From assembly GCA_012518635.1 (NCBI GenBank), contig JAAYRT010000167.1, forward strand, positions 4,986 through 28,985: a DNA stretch of 24,000 bases. The letters run 5' to 3'. Below are positions 6,856 through 15,332 of the stretch, piece by piece; position 1 is the stretch's first letter, and each line of letters starts with the position of its first letter. The DNA is from Halanaerobiaceae bacterium (GTDB lineage: Bacteria > Bacillota > Halanaerobiia > Halanaerobiales > DTU029). A program made the translations under genes and the position numbers. The notes beneath the pieces were generated by a model that was not told the origin of the DNA, did not search any database, and worked only from the letters and a program-made list of their open reading frames with translations.

Positions 6856-8280
6856 TTATTCTTCATTATTTTCATCAATATCGGTTAGCTCATCAGTTTC
6901 TGCTTCATTTGCTTCCAGAGCTTCCTGGAGTTCCATAAACATTGTCTGTATCTCTTCTATTTTCTCCAGTTCTATTTCAGCCTTTTCCTGTTCATCTAAC
7001 TGGCTATAGGCTAAGAAAAGCTGATAATGGGCTGTAATATTATCTCCTGCCAGTTCAGAAGCCTTGTCCAGCAGGGCCACTATATCTTCCTGGCTGGACT
7101 CTGTTCCGGCCTTTAACATGGCATAAAAGTAATGCAGTTCCCAATCCTCTGGATTAAGTTCAATGGCCTCTTTCATGGTCTTATCGGCTTTATCATTGTC
7201 TTCCAGGCCAAAGTAAGCTTCTGCCAGATAGACATAAAGCATTGGAGCCTGATAAGCTTCAAGGGCTTTCTTCAGGTCTTTAATAGCTGTATCATAATCA
7301 CCGTTTACCAGTGCTTCGTAACCGCTCAGAGATGGATCATTGATAACAATCTTGCTCCTGTTACGAAGATCTGCAAACCAGTTGGAAAAGACCTCATCCT
7401 GTTTCCGCGCCAGCAAGTCATTTCTGATTTCCTCTCTGGCTGCCTCATACTCTTCACCAACGGCCAGCTTCTTGTCCACCAGTTTAATCAGATAATAGGC
7501 GTCTTCTTCGTCCAGAATCTCACTGATTTCACCTATTTCAAGGGTTAAAGCAGTTTCTACAAGATTATTAGGCAAATAATAGATATCTCTTTTTAGTCTT
7601 CCAGGGTTTACCAGGTGAAAATCAGACATTTCCTCTGCTACTAAAGCAAATTCTTCTCCACTTTCTACCCTTTGCCGGGCTTTCTCTATTTCTTCCCTGG
7701 CGTCTTCATTTTCTTTTTCCTTCCTGATTAACTCAATTTCAACCTCTTCAAATTGGCGGGCGATTTCTTCATCAGTTATGGTAATATCACCATAGCTGCG
7801 TTCAATAACCTGGGCCAGGCGGTCATTATCATCCAGAACATTCCTTACCTGTTGCCTGAATTCCTTCAGGCTGCTATTACTGTTCTTCAGTTGTTCTTCC
7901 AGCTCTTCCTCAGTCATCTGGTTGTTTTCCAGCAGGAGGGCAATATAGTCGTCCAGGTCCTCCTCTGTAATCTGTGATTTAATCTTCATCCTGTCAGCTT
8001 CCTGTAAAAGCAACTCTGTATTAATGATACTGTTTAAGACATTATACTTGAAAGGAAACTCCTGATCACGGCTTATATAATTAGAGCCAAGTTGATTGTA
8101 AAGGGCAGAATAATACTGATCACTGGTAATATCTGCACCATTTACAGTGGCTACTGCATAAGCGGAAGAATCTCCAAATGAACCAACCCCATATAATACA
8201 CCGGTTAGAACCATTGCTACTGCAACAACAATTATGATTACATTACTGTATTTCTTTAATTTATTAAACAAAATGCCCAC
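6856..8280 (-). CDS. Membrane-anchored PpiD/SurA-like periplasmic chaperone with a degenerate parvulin domain, C-terminal TPR repeats and an acidic tail
   Basis: It has an N-terminal TM (VIIIVVAVAMVLTGVLYGV) and a SurA-N-like region (ATVNGADITSDQY...LNSIINTELLLQEA). The parvulin-like stretch (EIELIR...ESGEEFALVAEEMSD...LEIGEISEILDEEDAYYLIKL) lacks both conserved His residues. TPR-like helices follow (GDYDTAIKDLKKALE..., LAEAYFGLEDNDKADKTMKEAIELNP...), then the tail EANEAETDELTDIDENNEE. The true start may be TTG at 8271, because the SD AAGGAG abuts the GTG at 8280. Confidence 0.7.
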   Translation of the reverse strand: MGILFNKLKKYSNVIIIVVAVAMVLTGVLYGVGSFGDSSAYAVATVNGADITSDQYYSALYNQLGSNYISRDQEFPFKYNVLNSIINTELLLQEADRMKIKSQITEEDLDDYIALLLENNQMTEEELEEQLKNSNSSLKEFRQQVRNVLDDNDRLAQVIERSYGDITITDEEIARQFEEVEIELIRKEKENEDAREEIEKARQRVESGEEFALVAEEMSDFHLVNPGRLKRDIYYLPNNLVETALTLEIGEISEILDEEDAYYLIKLVDKKLAVGEEYEAAREEIRNDLLARKQDEVFSNWFADLRNRSKIVINDPSLSGYEALVNGDYDTAIKDLKKALEAYQAPMLYVYLAEAYFGLEDNDKADKTMKEAIELNPEDWELHYFYAMLKAGTESSQEDIVALLDKASELAGDNITAHYQLFLAYSQLDEQEKAEIELEKIEEIQTMFMELQEALEANEAETDELTDIDENNEE

Positions 8281-8326
8281 TCCTTTCGATAATACTGTTT
8301 AATTTTATCTTATTATCATAAAAATG

Positions 8327-8923
8327 TCAACCAATATAAAGGCGGAACTCAGCGATAGTAGTGGCAGGCCCATGGCCAGGATAAACTACAGTATCAGCGG
8401 GCAATTCCAGTAATTTTTTAATGGAATTAATCAAAACCTGCAGGTCTCCGCCGGGAAAATCGGTCCGTCCATAGCCGTTTTTAAATATGGTATCACCACT
8501 AAAGAGAACACCCTCATCTTCATTATAGAGGCAAATGCTGCCAGGAGTATGGCCTGGGGTATGGATTACCCTGAATTTACCTACCATATCCCCATCCTCC
8601 ATTAGATTATCAGCAGTAAAAGGCTCAATTAGATCCCCGGTAAAAAAAGAGAGATTCTTTTTCTCATCCATTAAATATTCTTTATCTTCTGAATGAACAA
8701 AAATCTTTGCCCCTGTTCCTTCCCGCAAATACTCCACTGCACCGATATGGTCGAAATGTCCATGGGTGAGAATAATCTTCTCCAGGGTTAGATTTTCCTC
8801 CTGAATTAGTGAAAGTATTTTCTCCCCGTCTGCTCCTGGATCGATAAGGATACAGCTATCATTATCTTCGACCAGATAAGAGTTGGTACCATTAAAACCA
8901 ACCTCTAACATATGTATTTTCAT
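8327..8923 (-). CDS. MBL-fold metallo-hydrolase (glyoxalase II-like)
   Basis: 198-aa ORF with THGHFDH (the HxHxDH metal site), HTPGHTPGS and YPGHG. RBS GGAGGA precedes it. Confidence 0.88.
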   Translation of the reverse strand: MKIHMLEVGFNGTNSYLVEDNDSCILIDPGADGEKILSLIQEENLTLEKIILTHGHFDHIGAVEYLREGTGAKIFVHSEDKEYLMDEKKNLSFFTGDLIEPFTADNLMEDGDMVGKFRVIHTPGHTPGSICLYNEDEGVLFSGDTIFKNGYGRTDFPGGDLQVLINSIKKLLELPADTVVYPGHGPATTIAEFRLYIG

Positions 8924-8966
8924 GGCCTATCCTCCATCTTGTTGCTTTTAGCCTGATATTCAAACT

Positions 8967-9416
8967 TTAGAAGCCCTTTTTACTATCCAGCAGAATTGTC
9001 ACCGGTCCATCATTGATTAGCTCTACCTCCATCATAGCCTGGAATTCTCCGCTGGCAATCTGTAAACCGGTTTTTTCCAGGGCCTCCAGGCAATATAGAT
9101 AGAGTTCATTGGCTGCCTCGGGTGAAGCAGCAGCAGTAAAATTAGGCCGGCGGCCCTTACGGCAATCACCCAGGAGGGTAAACTGGGAAACCAGGAGAAC
9201 CTCTTTATCCAGGTCAAGGGCAGAGAGATTCATTTTTCCTTCTGCGTCCTCAAAAATCCTCAAATTTACTATCTTTTCAACTAAATAGTCCGCATCCGCC
9301 CTGGTGTCTCCTCCGGCAACACCTAAAAAAACCAGGAGGCCGTCTTTGATGGAACCTACTATTTCGTCATCTACACGGACACTGGCACGTTTAACTCTTT
9401 GAACTACAGCACGCAT
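8967..9416 (-). CDS. dtd: D-aminoacyl-tRNA deacylase
   Basis: 149-aa ORF with MRAVVQRV..., SQFTL, GRRP.F and NDGPVT motifs. It sits in the usual position after relA. Confidence 0.95.
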   Translation of the reverse strand: MRAVVQRVKRASVRVDDEIVGSIKDGLLVFLGVAGGDTRADADYLVEKIVNLRIFEDAEGKMNLSALDLDKEVLLVSQFTLLGDCRKGRRPNFTAAASPEAANELYLYCLEALEKTGLQIASGEFQAMMEVELINDGPVTILLDSKKGF

Positions 9417-9482
9417 GATTACATGTCACCCCTGATTTTTATTTCACAATATGATAGAAATACTATAAAAGTAGAACTGGCA

Positions 9483-11633
9483 TCAGGCCCTGTTAACAGA
9501 AAGAATTCCCGGTATCTGGTCCAATTTCTGCATTATCTCCTTCATATGCTGCAGGTTATTGAGTTCCAGTGCTAACTGGATATGGGCCCGGTTATATTTA
9601 TCTGTTCTGGCCTCGACTGAAGATATTTCAATCTGTTCTTCCTTCATTAGGGAAGTGATATCATTTAATAAAGCCTTCTTATTATAGGCTTCTATTGCCA
9701 GATTAACCTGATAAAACTCATTTTCCCGATTATCCCATTCCACAGGGATAATCCTTTCTTTTTCTGTTTCCAGCAATAATTGCATATTGGAACAATCAGC
9801 CCTGTGTATGGAAACACCCCGTCCCCTGGTAATAAAGCCATTGATTTCATCTCCAGGTACAGGGTTACAACATCTGGCCAGCCTGACCAGCAGGTCATCT
9901 ACACCCTTAACCTTTACCCCTTTATCTGTTGATCTCCTGCGTGCAGGTTTCCGCTTTTCCTTAAAAACGGGCTGTTCAGTCAATTCCGCCCTTTCCTGTA
10001 CAACCTTCAGCCGGTTGACAATCTGCTGGGGTGTAATCTGATTATAACCGATCATTTCCAGGATTTCTTCTGCAGTGTTCTTGCCCATTTTTTGGGCAAG
10101 CCGCTCGAACTCTTTCTGCCTCTCTGTATCCTTCAGCTCTATCTGGCGCCTGCGCAGTTCTTTCTCGATCAACTCTTTACCCCGCTGGATAATCTCATCC
10201 CTGGCCTGCATCTTGAACCAGTATTTTATCTTACTCCGGGCCTTGGAGGTCTTGACAAAATTCAACCAGTCCCGGCTTGGACCTGTGCTGGCCCTGGTTG
10301 TCTGTATTTCTACAATATCTCCATTCTGCAGGTGGTAATCCAGAGGCTTTATCTGGCCATTGACCTTTGCCCCTATACAGCTATAACCTATCTCGGTATG
10401 GATGGAAAAGGCAAAATCAACAGGTGTTGCACCTTTGGGCAGGGAGATCACATCACCTTTGGGCGTAAAGACAAAAACCTCATCCTCAAAAAGGTCAATC
10501 TTCAGGGCCTCCATGAACTCCTGTGGCTCCTGTAATTCCTTTTGCCACTCCAGTAATTGCCTTAACCAGGAAAGTTTTTCTTCAAAGGCCTGGTCTCCTG
10601 TCTTTCCTTCTTTATAACGCCAATGGGCAGCAATACCGTATTCTGCTGTCCTGTGCATCTCCGGTGTCCGGATCTGAATCTCCAGAGGATCTCCCTTGGG
10701 GCCGATAACAGTTGTATGCAGGGATTGATACATATTTGATTTAGGCATTGCTATATAGTCCTTGAACCTTCCCGGGATGGGTTTCCAGAGTTCATGGACA
10801 ATACCCAGGACCTCATAACATTCCCTTACTGTATCGACAATAATCCTTACAGCAGTCAGGTCATATACCTCTTCAAATTCTATTTCTTTCTTCTTCATCT
10901 TCTGGTATATACTATAGAGGTGCTTGGGCCGTCCGTAGGTTTCGGCTTTCAGCCCCACTTCTTTCAGCCTGTTTTTCAATAAATCCAGGGCAAACTGTAT
11001 ATCCCTTTCCCTCTGGGCCCTGTTTGCCTGCACCTTCCGGGCAACCTCATAATACTTCTCCGGTTCAAGGAAAAGGAAAGCAAGATCTTCCAGCTCCCAT
11101 TTCACCTTTGAAATACCCAACCGGTGGGCCAGGGGGGCATAGATTTCCAGGGTCTCCTGGGCCTTGATAATCCGCTTGTCTTTGTTCAGGTATTTCAAGG
11201 TACGCATATTATGCAGGCGGTCTGCCAGTTTTATTAAAATCACCCTGATATCTTCAGCCATGGCAATGAACATCTTCCTCAGGTTCTCTGCCTGGAGTTC
11301 CTCCCTGGTTTGAAACTTTAATCTGCTTAATTTTGTCACTCCATCAACCAGGAGGGCTATCTCTTCACCAAATTCTTTCTTGATAGTCTCACTGGTCACT
11401 TCTGTATCTTCCACAACATCATGGAGCAGGGCAGCAGCGATGGAGATGATATCCAGTTCCAATTCAGCCAGGATAAGGGCAACCCCCAGGGGATGTTCAA
11501 CAAAGGATTCACCGGAATATCTAAACTGCCCCCTGTGGGCCTCTTCTGCAAATTCATAAGCTTTTTCCACAATGGCAAGATCAGGGTCATTTATATATTT
11601 TTTTATTTGGGCCAAAAGATCTTCCAGCTTCAT
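9483..11633 (-). CDS. relA: Bifunctional (p)ppGpp synthetase/hydrolase (RelA/SpoT family)
   Basis: 716-aa ORF with an HD hydrolase domain (HRGQFRYSGESFVEHP...HDVVEDT), a synthetase domain (RFKDYIAMPKSNMYQSLHTTV, EIQIRT), a TGS domain (VFVFTPKGDVISLPKGATPVDFAFSIH) and a C-terminal ACT-like domain. Confidence 0.97.
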   Translation of the reverse strand: MKLEDLLAQIKKYINDPDLAIVEKAYEFAEEAHRGQFRYSGESFVEHPLGVALILAELELDIISIAAALLHDVVEDTEVTSETIKKEFGEEIALLVDGVTKLSRLKFQTREELQAENLRKMFIAMAEDIRVILIKLADRLHNMRTLKYLNKDKRIIKAQETLEIYAPLAHRLGISKVKWELEDLAFLFLEPEKYYEVARKVQANRAQRERDIQFALDLLKNRLKEVGLKAETYGRPKHLYSIYQKMKKKEIEFEEVYDLTAVRIIVDTVRECYEVLGIVHELWKPIPGRFKDYIAMPKSNMYQSLHTTVIGPKGDPLEIQIRTPEMHRTAEYGIAAHWRYKEGKTGDQAFEEKLSWLRQLLEWQKELQEPQEFMEALKIDLFEDEVFVFTPKGDVISLPKGATPVDFAFSIHTEIGYSCIGAKVNGQIKPLDYHLQNGDIVEIQTTRASTGPSRDWLNFVKTSKARSKIKYWFKMQARDEIIQRGKELIEKELRRRQIELKDTERQKEFERLAQKMGKNTAEEILEMIGYNQITPQQIVNRLKVVQERAELTEQPVFKEKRKPARRRSTDKGVKVKGVDDLLVRLARCCNPVPGDEINGFITRGRGVSIHRADCSNMQLLLETEKERIIPVEWDNRENEFYQVNLAIEAYNKKALLNDITSLMKEEQIEISSVEARTDKYNRAHIQLALELNNLQHMKEIMQKLDQIPGILSVNRA

Positions 11634-11644
11634 TTAAATCCTTT

Positions 11645-12157
11645 TCACTCCTTCATTAATGAAAAAACATTATGGCCTTCCAGCAGTTCCCTGCCATTGA
11701 GTTCTGATAATTCATATAAAAAGCCTATACCGGTAACCTGTCCGCCTAATTCCTCAACCAATTCGACTGCAGCAGCAATGGTTCCTCCTGTAGCCAGCAA
11801 GTCATCTATAATAAGGACCTTATCACCTGGAGAAATGGCATCCCGGTGAATCTCAATCTTATTACTACCATACTCCAGATCATAGTCTTTGGATATAATC
11901 TCGGCTGGTAATTTACCCGGCTTTCTGATTGGAATAAAGCCTTTACCCATTTTTATGGCCATAGGAGCACCAATCAGAAATCCGCGGGCTTCGATTCCCA
12001 CGATATAATCAAATTCAGTGTCCCGGTATTGCTCTATTATTCTATCAATTGCCTCATTGAATGCCTCAGCATCTTTTAACAAGGGAGTTATATCTTTAAA
12101 TATGATTCCTTCTTTAGGGAAATCCGGTATATCCCTGATGAATTTTTTTAAGTCCAT
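11645..12157 (-). CDS. apt: Adenine phosphoribosyltransferase
   Basis: 170-aa ORF with DFPKEGIIFKDITPLL and the PRPP loop VLIIDDLLATGGT. Its start overlaps the recJ stop by 10 nt. Confidence 0.95.
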   Translation of the reverse strand: MDLKKFIRDIPDFPKEGIIFKDITPLLKDAEAFNEAIDRIIEQYRDTEFDYIVGIEARGFLIGAPMAIKMGKGFIPIRKPGKLPAEIISKDYDLEYGSNKIEIHRDAISPGDKVLIIDDLLATGGTIAAAVELVEELGGQVTGIGFLYELSELNGRELLEGHNVFSLMKE

Positions 12158-14643
12158 TCCATATCCTCCTTACAAGATTTAAGTTTATCTATTAATACAA
12201 ATAGAGCCCTGCCTAGAGCAAATGTGACAAAACAGTTGAAATCATCAACTATTTTAACATTATTATTATAACTTATGGAAGCGGATAAGTCCAGCTTTTT
12301 ACCAGGTTCAGGCAAAAGAAGAATCCGGTTTCCTGCCCTGTTTATAATATTTAATTCTTCAAATATAGTCAAGGAATTTATTAGTTTTTCCTCACCGCCA
12401 GCCCCGGTCTCTTTCCTGATTTCCTCATAGTCCAATCCCCTGTCCCCGTATTTCAGCATAAACCTATATAAATCCCTGAGATAATTATCATCAGGAATCC
12501 TGGCCTCCAATAATCTCCTGTTCAGGACCAGGTCCCGTTCTGAATATAGCAGATGGATTTTAGAAGAATCAGGCCTGGCCAGGTCCAGTACCCTCCTCAT
12601 CTCCTGCAGGGAAAAGGGCAGGGAGAGAAAGATTAAGTCACATTCAAATCCATCTTCCTGCCAGCCTGTCAGCTTATCCAGCATCCGGTAAGTAAAAAAT
12701 AATATACCCTTTTCAGCCTTTTGAAATTCATCATATTCTGCCTGTCTTCCTGCCATAAAAACCCTGTCTTTTCCCAGTATTTTAAGGCTTTCCTGGTAAT
12801 ATTTTGAGTTGTTTACATAGACAAGAAACTTATCCCTGAAATCCAGCAAGTTCCTGAAATAGGCAATAAAATCTGCACAGCCTCTTTTATCTGCAATCCT
12901 ATAATCCTCAGTCCTGAATACTACAGGAAAATCCTCTGCCTCCCCCCTGACCTTCCAGTCTTTCAGGTTCAACTGTAATTCACTTCTTCCATTCCACTGG
13001 TTCAGGTCCAGGGAAAAGAGCAGGTCCACTGGGGTCCTTAAGAAATCATTTATTCTATCGCCAAAACCAAAGGCTATACCATTAAGGCCATTTTCCAGAG
13101 TAAATTTCAGGTGTTCTCCATTCTTGCCTACCGGAAAGGCCTTCTCTACCTTCACATTGCCTAACATAAAATTGGGCCTGGGATTACCTACACCATGGGG
13201 TTCAAGTAAAACAAGTTCTTCATAAAAGGCCTGGTTAATTGTCTCTTCCTCCAGTATCAGATCCAGTGCCAGTTCCGGAATCAAATCCTCTTTCTCCAGT
13301 ATATCATCCAAATGTCTGTTAAATTCTTCCTTAAACCTTTCTATATTCTCTTTCTTTATGGTCAGACCAGCTGCCATCTCATGGCCGCCAAAGGCCTCCA
13401 GATAGACAGAACACTCCCGGAGGGCCTCATATAGGTTCAGGTTCCTGATACTGCGGCAGGAAGCCCTGCCCTTGCCCTCTTCATCGAGGGCAATGAGGAT
13501 AACAGGCCGGTAATAGCTTTCCACCAGCCTGGAGGCAACTATACCGATCACTCCCGGATGCCAGCCTTCTGCAGCCAGGATAATGGCTTTTTCTCTTTCC
13601 AGATTGATTTCTGCAGCTATCTTTTCCCTTGCCTCCTGAAGTATCTTTTCCTCCAGTTCCTGTCTTTCCCTATTTGCTACTCTCAATTCCAGGGCAATGA
13701 CTTCAGCCAGCACTTCGTCTTCAGTTATTAATAGTTCTACACATTTTTCAGCACTATCCATCCTGCCGGCAGCATTTAGATGAGGGGCAAGGATAAAGGC
13801 CAGATTACCGGTATTGAGCTTCCTCCCTTTCAGCCCGGTGACCTGGATCAATTTTTGCAGGCCTGTATTGCCGGTCTCCTCCATCAACTGCAGCCCTTTT
13901 TTGACTATAATCCTGTTTTCACCTGTCAGGGGAACAATATCGGCTACAGTTCCTAAAACTACCAGGTCCAGTAAATTCAGTAAATGCTCAGAAATATAGC
14001 TCTGGCTTCTGTTATATTCCAGGGCCTGGCAGAGCTTGAAGGCCACCCCTACCCCTGCCAGGAGCTTAAAGGGATACTCATCATCCTCCCTATAGGGGTC
14101 AATCACAGCCAGGGCTGGAGGCAGTTCCCGGCTTGCCTGGTGGTGGTCAGTTATGATTATATCCAGCCCCTGGCTCATGCCGTATTTAACCTCTTCATGG
14201 GCACTGATACCACAATCAACTGTAATCAGGAGGTCATAACCCTCCTGTACGAAGCCTTCCACTGCTGCCTGGTTCAGGCCATAGCCTTCCTCTTTCCGCC
14301 TGGGAATATAATAATCCAGATGATAATTGTAGGCCTCCTTAAAATAGCGGTATAAGAGGGCTGTTGCTGTAATACCGTCTACATCATAGTCACCATAGAT
14401 AAGTATCTTTTCTCCATTTTTTACAGCCTGGTCTATTCTTTCAACAGCCTTGGCCATATCCTGGAGCAAAAAGGGGTCCTCCAGATCTTTTATATCCCCG
14501 TAGAGGAAGGCCTGGATACTTTTTTCTTCTGTTAATCCGCGGTTTAATAACAATTGCAGAAGGAAGGGGGATAAACCATCGATATTTTTTATCTTCTTCT
14601 TTCTTTTAATATACCATTTATTTTTCATTATATCCTTTTTCAC
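12148..14643 (-). CDS. recJ: Single-stranded-DNA-specific exonuclease RecJ (long Firmicute form)
   Basis: It carries the DHH motifs (IYGDYDVDGIT, TVDCG, ITDHHQ) and DHHA1 (GGHEMAAG), with a long C-terminal extension as in Bacillus RecJ. The start is more likely ATG at 14627 (AAAGGA 5 nt upstream, MKNKWYIKR...) than the GTG at 14643. Confidence 0.93.
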   Translation of the reverse strand: MKKDIMKNKWYIKRKKKIKNIDGLSPFLLQLLLNRGLTEEKSIQAFLYGDIKDLEDPFLLQDMAKAVERIDQAVKNGEKILIYGDYDVDGITATALLYRYFKEAYNYHLDYYIPRRKEEGYGLNQAAVEGFVQEGYDLLITVDCGISAHEEVKYGMSQGLDIIITDHHQASRELPPALAVIDPYREDDEYPFKLLAGVGVAFKLCQALEYNRSQSYISEHLLNLLDLVVLGTVADIVPLTGENRIIVKKGLQLMEETGNTGLQKLIQVTGLKGRKLNTGNLAFILAPHLNAAGRMDSAEKCVELLITEDEVLAEVIALELRVANRERQELEEKILQEAREKIAAEINLEREKAIILAAEGWHPGVIGIVASRLVESYYRPVILIALDEEGKGRASCRSIRNLNLYEALRECSVYLEAFGGHEMAAGLTIKKENIERFKEEFNRHLDDILEKEDLIPELALDLILEEETINQAFYEELVLLEPHGVGNPRPNFMLGNVKVEKAFPVGKNGEHLKFTLENGLNGIAFGFGDRINDFLRTPVDLLFSLDLNQWNGRSELQLNLKDWKVRGEAEDFPVVFRTEDYRIADKRGCADFIAYFRNLLDFRDKFLVYVNNSKYYQESLKILGKDRVFMAGRQAEYDEFQKAEKGILFFTYRMLDKLTGWQEDGFECDLIFLSLPFSLQEMRRVLDLARPDSSKIHLLYSERDLVLNRRLLEARIPDDNYLRDLYRFMLKYGDRGLDYEEIRKETGAGGEEKLINSLTIFEELNIINRAGNRILLLPEPGKKLDLSASISYNNNVKIVDDFNCFVTFALGRALFVLIDKLKSCKEDMEWT

Positions 14644-14670
14644 CCTGTCTTATTTTTTCTCCTGCCCCGT

Positions 14671-14702
14671 AAAAAAAGAAAACCCCGCTAAAGGGGGCTT
14701 TC
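14671..14702 (-). terminator. Rho-independent terminator after the trpP-like gene
   Basis: Minus-strand RNA reads GAAAGCCCC-CUUUAGC-GGGGUUUUC followed by UUUUUUU. The stem is 9 bp. It begins 25 nt after the stop at 14727. Confidence 0.8.
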
Positions 14703-14726
14703 TAAAATATACTATTCCAGTTGTCT

Positions 14727-15269
14727 CTAGGCTTCCTTGCTCCTCACTCCTACTGTCTTCCTGCTATAGGAAAAAGCAAGGTAAATAATGATTGCAGTTA
14801 CTGTATTAATAGCTGCTGCCGGCAATACTACAGTATAAAAGAGGACCTTAAATGAGCCTGGCAAACCGGCAATTAATGCAGCTGAACCCAGAAAAACAGA
14901 TCCACTGATAATAGTACCAACAACAGTTATAATTCCGACAGCAACCCGCTTATCAAGCCTGTCTCCTATAAAGCTGATAAGGGCACTGACCAGAATGAAA
15001 GTAACCAGCTTATCAATCAGGTTGGCATACTGTCCTCCGGGAAAACTTGTTGTCAAGGCTGTAAATATCCCGGTAGCCAGTGCGGCTATAAAGCCCAGCC
15101 TGAAATCCCTTTTCACGATCAAGACTATAAACAGCATAGCCAGTGAAAAATCAGGTTTCATTCCCAGTACGATTGAAGGGAAAAATGCATGTAATAAAAA
15201 CCCTATCCCCACCAACAAAGCTGTCTCAGCTAAATCTCTGGTCTTGATGACCCTGCTTGCTCCACTCAT
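14727..15269 (-). CDS. trpP: Tryptophan transporter TrpP (YhaG) family membrane protein
   Basis: 180-aa polytopic ORF. The conserved blocks as I remember them from B. subtilis TrpP are present: GMKPD, ALTTSFPGGQ..NLIDK, GTIISGSVFLGSAALIAGLPG and VVLPAAAINT. RBS AGGTGA lies 6 nt before the ATG. Confidence 0.7.
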   Translation of the reverse strand: MSGASRVIKTRDLAETALLVGIGFLLHAFFPSIVLGMKPDFSLAMLFIVLIVKRDFRLGFIAALATGIFTALTTSFPGGQYANLIDKLVTFILVSALISFIGDRLDKRVAVGIITVVGTIISGSVFLGSAALIAGLPGSFKVLFYTVVLPAAAINTVTAIIIYLAFSYSRKTVGVRSKEA

Positions 15270-15287
15270 CTCATCTCACCTTTCCTT
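15260..15287 (-). promoter_or_regulatory. Six NAG triplets at exact 5-nt register (AAG-GA-AAG-GU-GAG-AU-GAG-AU-GAG-UG-GAG) spanning the SD and start codon of trpP. Candidate TRAP binding site.
   Basis: Read directly from the minus strand 15287..15260. The AUG (15269..15267) and the SD AGGUGA (15281..15276) lie inside the repeat run. Confidence 0.45.
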
Positions 15288-15302
15288 TATAGAATTTTTA
15301 TT

Positions 15303-15331
15303 ATTATATCGGAATAATCCCCTTTTGTCAA
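15303..15331 (-). promoter_or_regulatory. Perfect consensus sigma-A promoter TTGACA-17-TATAAT for trpP
   Basis: On the minus strand, TTGACA lies at 15331..15326 and TATAAT at 15308..15303, separated by a 17-nt spacer. The -35 lies immediately downstream of the stop codon of the upstream LapA-domain gene (15333..15335). The predicted leader is only about 27 nt. Confidence 0.7.
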
Positions 15332-15332
15332 G

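Noticed and set aside
7132-7548. 138-aa plus-strand ORF, and 7753..7977, inside the PpiD-like gene
   Set aside because: These are antisense shadow ORFs of an acidic, GAA/GAG-rich gene, which yields Phe/Leu-rich reverse frames. They have no RBS.
10092-10535. Several plus-strand ORFs (9787..10041, 10075..10338, 10092..10535, 10402..10617, 10523..10708, 10794..10982, 11421..11849) across relA/apt
   Set aside because: They are antisense to unambiguous relA and apt coding sequence, overlap one another, and have low-complexity translations.
12148-12900. Long C-terminal extension of RecJ (831 aa versus about 570 aa in E. coli), considered as a possible fused novel domain
   Set aside because: Firmicute RecJ proteins (for example the B. 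subtilis one, close to 790 aa) normally carry a comparable C-terminal extension, so this is lineage-typical.
14627-14632. TATAAT hexamer just upstream of recJ, considered as its -10 or as a leaderless-mRNA signal
   Set aside because: The hexamer overlaps the ATG itself (TATA-ATG), so transcription would start inside the gene. No -35 lies at a suitable distance. The N-terminus aligns with other RecJ proteins only if this ATG is used.
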